Shown here piece after piece: positions 1 to 10,982 of a DNA stretch of 48,410 bases. Below the pieces are notes generated by a model. That model saw nothing but the letters and a program-made list of their open reading frames with translations, was not told the DNA's origin and searched no databases. The translations under genes and the position numbers were made by a program. Each line of letters begins with the position of its first letter. Within the stretch, counting starts at the first letter, position 1. The stretch spans positions 68,897,992 through 68,946,401 of the forward strand of contig NC_068981.1 in the NCBI RefSeq assembly GCF_001194135.2. The letters are read 5' to 3'. Source of the stretch: Octopus bimaculoides (lineage: Eukaryota).

Positions 1-31
1 ATATATACATATATATACATATATATATATT

Positions 32-65
<34 letters not shown>

Positions 66-508
66 CGTGTGTGTGTGTGTGCGTCGTTACGTGTGTGTAT
101 GTATACATATATCATTACTCATACATTTTATTATTGTTTACCTACATGTTGTTATACCTGTTCTTATACTGATTTTAACATATGAGAGGAACTCCAGAAT
201 TTAAATCCCCGTCGTACGTGTAGTGTTAATGATTTCCTGTGTTTATCCGCAAATGCAATTGTTTACCTGAAGAAATAGCACATATTTGGTGCACTGGTGA
301 AGCGACACGATGATACTCATGCACTCAACTGTGAGCTCCCTGCATCATATAGCAGAAATAGCTGTAAGCTAATGAAGTTCATAAGATAATTGCTTATTCT
401 TTTGTCATTTCAATTTCTTATTACTTCTGCGTGCTTGACTAAGACTTCGTTCTAAAGAATATGTATATCGCGTTCTGCGCCAGGCTATTAGAATGGCATT
501 GTCAAAAT

Positions 509-545
<37 letters not shown>

Positions 546-1223
546 ATGTTTGTGCATGTGTCTGTGGGTGTACGTGTGTACGTGTGTGCGAGTGTGTGCA
601 CGTCTGTGTGTGTGTGTGTGTGTGTGTGTGTATACAAGTTACCATACAAATAACGATTTTGTTCACATAACTTCATAAAAAATGTTGTTCCTCTCATTTA
701 TATTGGTATGCATGAATGTGTCTGTATGTGAACATATATAAATTATTGTTTCTGTTTTTTTTTTTGTATCTCTAATGGGAATTTTATATGTTGTATTTGT
801 CGTATGTGATATATTCTATTCACAGTTAATATCTACAAATATTGGCTGGAATTAAATTTCAATTTTCCATAATACATTGTAAGAAGCAGTCTTGTAAACT
901 TGGGTAAACAAATGATTATAAGTAATACTGATGTTTGAAACTAGTGTTTGTACAAGATATTAAGCATTATAATTTTATGAGCAGTATATTAGATAAATAT
1001 TTTTTAAACATTTATATCTTATTCGTATATAACTATAAAAAATAAATTTAAAACATATCATTAGTTGCTGTACGCTGATTTTGTATCTTCACTCGGCCTC
1101 TGCTACGAAAATATAGCAGCTTCGTTGTTTGAAAGTGAACTATCAATACATAGGATTGCTGAAAACATGTTTTCATGAATGTGTCTAGAAATGAAAACAA
1201 ATGTCATCATATATTTTCCTTAC

Positions 1224-1332
1224 CACGCATTCCCTGATCAATCAATAAATCCTGTAATTCGCAAGTTTTCTTGGTCAGTTTCAATTTAGCACCGAATCCA
1301 TGAACATTTGGTAGAAAAAATACTCCACTTAC
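1224..1332 (-). CDS. Candidate internal exon of an unidentified host gene (VSGVFFLPNVHGFGAKLKLTKKTCELQDLLIDQGMR)
   Basis: Acceptor ttttatttccttctttcag, donor G|gtaagg, 109 nt open in phase 0 to 1. The phase is compatible with the 4560-4726 candidate. No recognised homology. Confidence 0.35.
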
Positions 1333-1462
1333 CTGAAAGAAGGAAATAAAATTATTTAAAAAATATTCATGCTTGTATTTTTCTGGATATGTACAAAATT
1401 ATGTGTGCGCACGTGCGAAAAAATGTGTCATACAGACGAATATATGTGTGAATGGATAAATG

Positions 1463-1559
<97 letters not shown>

Positions 1560-2298
1560 GTGTATGTGTGTGTGTGTGTGTATGTGTGTGTGTGTGTGTG
1601 TGCTTGTACAAAGGAATATCTAGAAGAAATTACTTTAATCTCTGTCAACCTACCTAACCGGTTGACTATTCTTCAAAACGAAGCTATTACTCTGCTACGG
1701 TGGAGGAAAAAGTGTTCATATATATGAATATTCCTTTATCACTATTCATCATACATTAATCGTTGTGACTCCATAACCTAAATAACATTGAATGAAGACA
1801 TACATTTCTATAACAGAAGCGCTAAGTTATTTTTAAATCTTTTGAAATAATTTATAATACTTTCCAAAAATGTAAAATGTTTATAACTGAGAACATAATA
1901 AGTATGTAAACATATTTCTTCAAAATATATCGGAATCCGAACACAGCTTCAATAGAACGTGTACGTTTTGGTCATATATAATAAAGATATTAGTTTCGAT
2001 ATTTATTGCGATTTTTCAATAGCGAACTGCATGCTGTGAAAGCTCTCCATCATACCATATAAACAAATTTTGTGGAGAACGTGTTGTTGTAAATATGTAC
2101 GTATATATATATATATATATATATATATATNNNNNNNNNNNNNNNNNNNNNNNNNNNNNNNNNNNNNNNNNNNNNNNNNNNNNNTATATATATACATATA
2201 TATATATATATGTGTGTGTGTTTCTGTGTGTGTGTGTGTGTATGTATGTGTGTGTATATATATATGTATATATATATATACATATATATATATGTATG

Positions 2299-2355
<57 letters not shown>

Positions 2356-2469
2356 ATGTATGATATGTCTATCTCTATCTATCTACCTATCTATCTATCC
2401 ATCTACTTATCTATCAATATGCATGTAGGTATACACCCAGAAATCTTTTTACACTCTTTCAACTTCATT

Positions 2470-3240
2470 CCCCGGTCTTCCTGGGCCACCACCGTTGAGC
2501 GTGATACACCATTATTTGAAACCTCCTCTGATATGGGGAATTTGGTGAATGAGAGAATTTGATGCTACTTCCCCCATCTGTGTTACCTGACGTTGTGTAG
2601 GCTTATGTGGAACCATACACAAGAGGAGATCCAGTTTTGTTTGAATACACCTAAATCCACAGTATGCTTGTCTCTCAGCCATTTTCGAAGGCTAATTTAT
2701 TGGTGTTGGCCTCTGAAATCGAAGCTGTTACAGTGTCTGGCCTTGTATTTTGATGGAGATGCTGGGATCTTCGGCACTATGCAGTGGATCCCCATTCTGC
2801 TGTTTGTGTAACTTTCAATGCCAAAATTTGCTACAAGGCATTTTCAGATGTGAATCACCGCATTCCTTTCCCGATTACGTTTTAAGGAGGAGAGTTTTAA
2901 TTCTTTCAGTCTATCCCAGTAGCTGACACTTTGCATTTCAATTTTCGTTGCGAAGCTTAGATGTATTGATTCGTGTTCCGCCGATAATTTAATATTCTGT
3001 GGTGACCATATTTGGGAGCAGTATTTCAAGTGGCTGCGGACTGATGTCCTCGAAGGGGCCATCATTCTATTCTTTTCACTCGTTTTGGATATTCGAAAGA
3101 TCCATCCAGTTAGCCGCCTGCATTTTATTACCAAATTAATAATACGAACTTGGAAAGTTGCATCATTGCTCTTCTCAATGCCCAGGTCACGCACTGATTT
3201 TAATCCAGGGATTGCAATTCCTCCCGGGCAAGTGTATCCC
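2470..3240 (-). mobile_element. CR1/L2-clade LINE, 3' end of ORF2 (post-RT C-terminal region), decayed
   Basis: Minus-strand translation SVRDLGI...VRSHLKYCSQIWSP...SYWDRLKELKLSSLKRNRER matches the CR1/L2/Crack ORF2 C-terminal pattern (RDLGV; VRPHLEYC..VWSP; Y.ERL..L.L.SL..RR.R). There are in-frame stops downstream, and the 5' side runs into a microsatellite and gap. Confidence 0.85.
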
Positions 3241-4559
3241 GTATGTAAATATACATGTAAATATGTATATATATGTATACACATGTATGTATATATGTAT
3301 ATATATGTATGTATATATATATATATATATATATATNNNNNNNNNNNNNNNNNNNNNNNNNNNNNNNNNNNNNNNNNNNNNNNNNNNNNNNNNNNNNNNN
3401 NNNNNNNNNNNNNNNNNNNNNNNNNNNNNNNNNNNNNNNNNNNNNNNNNNNNNNNNNNNNNNNNNNNNNNNNNNNNNNNNNNNNNNNNNNNNNNNNNNNN
3501 NNNNNNNNNNNNNNNNNNNNNNNNNNNNNNNNNNNNNNNNNNNNNNNNNNNNNNNNNNNNNNNNNNNNNNNNNNNNNNNNNNNNNNNNNNNNNNNNNNNN
3601 NNNNNNNNNNNNNNNNNNNNNNNNNNNNNNNNNNNNNNNNNNNNNNNNNNNNNNNNNNNNNNNNNNNNNNNNNNNNNNNNNNNNNNNNNNNNNNNNNNNN
3701 NNNNNNNNNNNNNNNNNNNNNNNNNNNNNNNNNNNNNNNNNNNNNNNNNNNNNNNNNNNNNNNNNNNNNNNNNNNNNNNNNNNNNNNNNNNNNNNNNNNN
3801 NNNNNNNNNNNNNNNNNNNNNNNNNNNNNNNNNNNNNNNNNNNNNNNNNNNNNNNNNNNNNNNNNNNNNNNNNNNNNNNNNNNNNNNNNNNNNNNNNNNN
3901 NNNNNNNNNNNNNNNNNNNNNNNNNNNNNNNNNNNNNNNNNNNNNNNNNNNNNNNNNNNNNNNNTATATATATATATGCATATATGTATATATACATGTA
4001 TATATTCATGTGTATATATATGTGTGCGTTCGTGCGTGTGCATTAGTGTATAATTATTAATTAGTTTATGTGCTAGATAGTGATCAATATTTTACTTGAA
4101 ATACGTAAGATTTTTACAGTGAAAAAATAATTCAGAATATATGTACATACATACACTTCATTATATATGCATATCCGTATATGCGTGTGTCATACGTCCC
4201 CGGCGCGTGTGTTTTTGTACTTGTGTCTACACAAGCAGATATACATACGCTAAAGTATAATACAAGATCTGTACTTGAAAGTATCATGTACAATACAGAG
4301 AGAAGCCTGCCAAAATAGTAACATAAACTCTGACCTAATTAGATAGAACCAAGAGTTCGGCCAGCTACTGGTCTGAAATAAAGGTCAACGACACTAGTTT
4401 ACAAACAGATCAGATTTCAGATTAAAGACAACCTCCCTCGACTTCCACCTGAATCAGACAATAATATACTTTTCCAAGCTGAATTGCTGGAGTCATTTCA
4501 CTTTTTCCAGAAAAATATTCTTAAAAAGATATTGAGGTTTAAATTTTGATCGTTTTCAC

Positions 4560-4726
4560 CCATTTAGGAAAGAGAAATCGGAAGCTATCTTTTTGCGCAT
4601 GACTGCACATTTTCTCATCGACATCCTTATAATAGCACGTGTTGTCAATATTTCTAAACGACACGTGTTTTGTTGTTTTGAGCATTCTATATGCACATAA
4701 TTCAGATGCAATGAACAATTTGTTAC
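4560..4726 (-). CDS. Candidate internal exon (NKLFIASELCAYRMLKTTKHVSFRNIDNTCYYKDVDEKMCSHAQKDSFRFLFPKW)
   Basis: Acceptor tgtgtttatcgcag, donor TGG|gtgaaa, 167 nt open in phase 1 to 0. Cys spacing loosely recalls WSC/PAN modules, but the family is not identified. Confidence 0.3.
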
Positions 4727-5764
4727 CTGCGATAAACACATAATGTTTCCCCTCAAATAGTTTCAATAGAGTTTAACAGAAAGATTTGGATGAATTAGAT
4801 GAAAGTTCTCCAGTAATTTTCTTTCATGTAAATAAATGTTTATCTTAATTTAAAAGTTTGCCATCAAAATCTTATAAAATGACAATATACTAAGCGATGT
4901 AGATGTTTATATCTTATATGTGAAAATAAAAGAGTGAAAAAAATATGGTTCAAAAACAAACATTTAAGCATGCAGTAAGCAACACATTACAAGATATTTT
5001 TAAAACTAAAAACGAAATTTAGAAGTACATTCAAGCAATTTTTCAAACAAATCACAACTTTCGTATCTCCTCCGCCACATAAATTCACAGATATGAATCC
5101 ATCATGGAACGGTGAGTGCCACAGACCATCGATTACTACATCGTTTCAAAGAGACCTACGTACTCTTTACTTGTTGTGTGTGGGTCAAAAAAAAAAAATA
5201 GGAAGAATAAACAGCACGTCTTTTTGTAGTTCTAAGCATTCAATATGCATTTAATGCGATAGCATGAACTTAGAAAATTTATCTAAAAACAAAATTGCAC
5301 CTTAAAAATTAAATATTTTTACAAAACAAACATTTTGTTGACCAGTTCATTGAAAAGGAAAGTTACAAATGCATTCAATGAATTGTTCGAACAAATCACA
5401 AATTTCCGATCTCCTGAGCTACATGAATCCACATGCTCAATTGTCAACAAATAGGTAAAACAAGTGGTTTAAATATATTTGTCAACATATGCTTTCACGC
5501 AGACCAAAGTGTTTCCATGATCTGTTTGCTACTATGGAAACAAGCATGAATGTTTTGTGGCTTACGTTTGGCTAAAAGTAACAAAATTTTCAAACTGTAA
5601 TTGCTAATAACTTTTTTACTTATTGATTTATAGCGAAAATAGTTTTCACATTATTCATTAGCCAACAAAAGTGTATCATTACACTGAATATGAAATCAGT
5701 TCGAATATAATTTATGCTGGCAGCGAAACAGACTCTATCAAAGAATACAAATGTGTTAAATGTT

Positions 5765-6173
5765 CACTACAACTGTTTCAGACGCACATTTAAGTGACTG
5801 TATGTAAGTATGTCTTACGTTCCATGGATTATATTGTAGTAGTGGTTGTAGTTCTGTCACCAGAACATATGCCTTGTGAATACTATGCTGTTTATCCTCA
5901 TTTCATCCTCTCGTTCTACGACTCTCTATTTTGTGGCAGTGCCTGCTGATCGTTTTATGACATATTGAACTCTGATATCATAGCCGGGTAGATCTAGCTG
6001 ACTCTCAGTGTGTTTTTACTCTCTTCAAGTACGTCTAACTGAGAGGCTCAATCCAACTCTTGTTATGTTTTTTTTCCCCAAACTCAATTCTTAATCCCCT
6101 GCAGAAAACGTCTTTCTTTTTCATGATGTAATCAAACGATTCAATAAAAAATGTGTCTGAAACAGCTGTAGTG
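5765..6173. repeat. ~25-bp imperfect inverted repeat pair with CACTA…TAGTG ends (MITE-like)
   Basis: CACTACAACTGTTTCAGACGCACATTT (5765-5791) versus the reverse complement of 6149-6173, CACTACAGCTGTTTCAGACACATTT. No target-site duplication was seen. Confidence 0.45.
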
Positions 6174-9100
6174 ACCATCTTACATATTCAGGTTCTTATT
6201 TTCTGCAAACATCATACCTAGAAACTTCAAAATGTTGGGTATGAAACTAGTATTGGGTTGTGAACCTACATGCGTGTTTGCTTGAGTATATATTTGCATG
6301 CATGTGCATAGTTATATGTTTGTGTGTATATATGTGTAAGTGTAAAGCTACGTTCGTAAAACGCATGTATGTACGGATATATTTGTATGTGATATGTACT
6401 CATTTGCGCTTAACTCAACCCGTTCCTGGTGTCCTGAATGGTAAAATACATCGATTCCGATGAATGGTAACATTGATATGTATGTTTGTGGGTATGTATG
6501 AATTCATGTATGAATTATGTATGTGTGCATATGTATCTATATATGAATGTATATAAGAATGCATATATGAGTGTACTACATAACCATGTATGTGTGTGTG
6601 TATGTATGCCTGTATGTAAAATTATATGTATGTATTCATATATATATATATATGTATATANNNNNNNNNNNNNNNNNNNNNNNNNNNNNNNNNNNNNNNN
6701 NNNNNNNNNNNNNNNNNNNNNNNNNNNNNNNNNNNNNNNNNNNNNNNNNNNNNNNNNNNNNNNNNNNNNNNNNNNNNNNNNNNNNNNNNNNNNNNNNNNN
6801 NNNNNNNNNNNNNNNNNNNNNNNNNNNNNNNNNNNNNNNNNNNNNNNNNNNNNNNNNNNNNNNNNNNNNNNNNNNNNNNNNNNNNNNNNNNNNNNNNNNN
6901 NNNNNNNNNNNNNNNNNNNNNNNNNNNNNNNNNNNNNNNNNNNNNNNNNNNNNNNNNNNNNNNNNNNNNNNNNNNNNNNNNNNNNNNNNNNNNNNNNNNN
7001 NNNNNNNNNNNNNNNNNNNNNNNNNNNNNNNNNNNNNNNNNNNNNNNNNNNNNNNNNNNNNNNNNNNNNNNNNNNNNNNNNNNNNNNNNNNNNNNNNNNN
7101 NNNNNNNNNNNNNNNNNNNNNNNNNNNNNNNNNNNNNNNNNNNNNNNNNNNNNNNNNNNNNNNNNNNNNNNNNNNNNNNNNNNNNNNNNNNNNNNNNNNN
7201 NNNNNNNNNNNNNNNNNNNNNNNNNNNNNNNNNNNNNNNNNNNNNNNNNNNNNNNNNNNNNNNNNNNNNNNNNNNNNNNNNNNNNNNNNNNNNNNNNNNN
7301 NNNNNNNNNNNNNNNNNNNNNNNNNNNNNNNNNNNNNNNNNNNNNNNNNNNNNNNNNNNNNNNNNNNNNNNNNNNNNNNNNNNNNNNNNNNNNNTATATA
7401 TATATATATTATAAGAAATCGGTAGTGTGCTAGACTATGTGGTAAAGAGTTAGAGATTTGTTCGTCTTTTATTAAACATAATCAAAAACAAACAGAAAAC
7501 ACAACAAATCCGCAGCCTTTAAAATTAGGCTTATTCCCGCATATTTTGGGGGCATTCAGTTCAAATTTCTCAGCTTTCACTATTAGTTTTAGCATTGAAG
7601 ATACAACGTTACGATAGACATTGCTGAGGTATTCGGCCCGACTTGCAATTATCGACTCAGGTAGCACCTTCACATTATACCTGATTCAAAGCAGTTAACG
7701 GTTTCCTTTCAAAGAAGGTTCATGAACCGTGGGTTAGCTTTTCACTATTTTTGTGAAAGTATACTCTAAATGCATTTGAGCAGTTATACTACTTTTTATA
7801 GAGAGCATTGTTCGCTTATTATAAGGAAGAACTTAGCGCCATATTCTAAGCATAATGTGCAAGGAGTGCGTTCTTTAACACGCTAACAGCAAGAGAAGCC
7901 TCAAATTCTGAATAGGAGTATTTTGGGAAGGTGAACGTAAGCATTTGATGAGATGATGTTTCATGTTGTTCTATCAACATGAAAAAATAATAATCCAAAC
8001 ATATGTGGAATGTGGGCATACTCTGAAACAAAAATCAGCATTACGACCTGTTTTTCATTCCAAAAATGGTGTTAGATCACATATCCCACCCACATTTTCG
8101 AGAGTATCAGTAATTGGTGAAACAATCACGTGTGAAGTTGTGGAACGTAAAGGAAGTATGGAACATTACAGCGACCTTGAAATGCACGTACTTTCAACGG
8201 ACAATAAGTGAATGTTTTCAGTTGCGGTTTCTTCGGCAATAGCACGGTACCCAAAAAATTTGCTTTAGTAGAGGGTATCCATGAACTCCATATCTAATAT
8301 ATTTCAGTATAATATTAGTATATTTATCGAGCAAGTCTATTATTTCCACAGCCGATAAGAGCAGAAAGTTTAGAGAAAAATACCTTGATTTAAACAAAGA
8401 GCGAGACACGGCGTCAGATTACTTGGATGAGAGAAATAAAGGTAGCGGATTTTTGAAAACTGAAAATGGAATGGTTTGATAAACTACATTATAGAAAAAT
8501 CTTCCTCTGTGCTAATAATTGTATGTTCATAATTTTATATATAAATTATATGAATAGTTTTACATTTGCATTTTACGTACGCTTCCGAAATCATTTGTAG
8601 TGTTGATTTTAATTAAATAACAGATATTTAATATACTTGAAAACAGTTCTAGAATGTCAAAAGTTACCACAATCGCTATGAGTCAACTCTAAAGTTTTAT
8701 ATAGAATGCTCAAATACCTATTAATTCGGCTCAGTGTCTAACCAATATTATATTTTACAATAGAGTAGATGATAAAACGAAGTTGAGTTTGGCGAACTTC
8801 ATCTGTAGACGTAATTTTTTTTAAGTAAAACACATAGGCAATTTTTATTTACCTTCGTGGACACCATCTGTTGTGATCTCTACTTTCTAGACTTCTACAA
8901 ACCTTGTATTAATTTTCGACGTTATTTATGTAGTTATAGCAGATGTGCGCAACATAGGCGACCAGTATAAAAATTGTGATGATTTTAATTTACGAGTGTT
9001 TCATGTTATTGTTAATTAGAAATCGTTATGAGTGATCCGAACATATTTCTGTGAACCAACGTATTATACTTCAAGCGTTGATCTTTAATTTCAATTCGGC

Positions 9101-10946
9101 TTAATGCAATATAGTGAAAATGTGTAATTAGGAAGGCATTTCCATTTCTACACTATTTGTGGATAGGTGGTGATGTTAGCTTTTAATTCACCTGGGTCTC
9201 CACTCGTGTAAAGACACTTGTTGGCAAGTGTATTATATTTCTTGTTGTCGCTGTTGCATTTTATTCCCCTGGTCATAGCTGTATGAGCAGATCGATGATT
9301 AAAATTACTTTAGTTGTGACGAAGTTGTATTTTTTCTATATCTTCTTTTAAAGACAACAAGAAGTAACTTTAAATATACACTTGGCATCTCTGTTGATCG
9401 AAACGTATAGTCGATATAACAATTTTGAGTCTTGTTTTATAAGCACATGCTCTGTATTTAGTTTGCTGGCAAGATACCCAAAGACCTAAGTGGTCAATTG
9501 TGCAGTTGCAATCCTAAATGTAAAGGCATATTAAATTATTATTTGATTTAGAATTTCCATTATAGACTCGTTTTTATATCAGTATAGATAATAACTGTAT
9601 ACGACGTTGCATCTTTTGAAACATTAATATAATATATATACAATATAGCAAAAGCAAACGTTTCTATGTAGCGAAATGATTACATGCTGCGTTATAAATA
9701 TTCTAAGTCATTCCTATCTTTTTCAGTGGAGATAATGTTTTCATTCTCATATATTTACTAGTTTCCACCAATAACTTGTGGCCAGATATAAATAGTGATG
9801 CTACATGATACGAAGATATCTCTGGTGATCATGCTTTCTTATCAGCATTGAATGCTTAAGATGTGTTATTAATCGAAATAATCAAGCAGAAACAGTTCAC
9901 TGATTCCATGCTTCTTGATACAAAACATTTGGTAATAGCAGTAGTGTGAACATTCGTAACTGTGATCGATACATAATGATACTTCTATACTTACACTATC
10001 CTTTTATTTAATTGAGAGTACATTCATATATTTAAGCTATTCAGCTAGGAACCAATGTAAACTGTAATCAGAAATAGATTTCAGAAATTTATAGCTGCAA
10101 ATTAATTTAAACCTAAATTATACTTTCAAAAATACTTTAAATTTAATAATAAAAATAAATTAATAAATTAAGGAAGAACAAATACTGAAGATATAAAATA
10201 AGTTAGGATAATTGCGCTATAGATATGTTGTGATACATAGACTTCTTCAATAACAATATGAAAAATAACAACAGCATTTCAAGTTCAAGATGCAGAGAAT
10301 CAATATTCAAAGCAACGGTATGCAGCTATCGATTTTTCATTAGCTATGACCTTAATAATTCGGATATTCTTGCACGTGTTCTGCCAAAACTATAGCATAA
10401 CTTAGTTTTGTGCACTGAAATTTAAACGAAGCTCATTTAACCTACAGCGCATCTTATTCTGTTTTGTAAAGATGTATCTTAATCAGCTTTGATATTTCTA
10501 AGTTGACTGCAATGTTTCTCAGAGAAGGAATAGGAAATGTGTAATTCCAATTAATGTACTTAGAAATAAAGAAAATTAATTTAAGAGATCGAAACAAATA
10601 TCACACTATATTGTTCTTACTCATGCAGTTCTTGGTGGTGGTGATGCACGTTGCCGCCAGATCGACTCCGAGCAAGTAGACCTATTTTTAAAGGGCTTTA
10701 AGATGTGACACTCTTAATGTTGTTTACAGTCATAAAGTAGGATAAAACTATCTAAGTCTTTTGTATGACGACTGTAGGGTGTTACATGAGAGAGTGTTGG
10801 CTATGTTAGGCAGGTTCAACAATCCCATAGTTTGTACCACAAGCACACGCGCACGAACATCTATACATACATACACGTAAGCACTCATAAGCACTCTCGC
10901 ATACACATACACACGAATATGAAAGTAGTATATAGAGAGATAGATA

Positions 10947-10982
<36 letters not shown>

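Noticed and set aside
4727-4800. C*TLLKLFEGKHYVF spacing resembling a C-type lectin N-terminus
   Set aside because: It contains a stop and lacks the conserved W and C residues; likely chance.
7482-8300. Minus-strand ORF pieces (YNVKVLPESIIASRAEYL…; TVLLPKKPQLK…) as a terminal exon or an ancient LINE RT
   Set aside because: No compatible donor links them to the 4726 candidate, and the RT-like motifs are too degenerate to call by eye.
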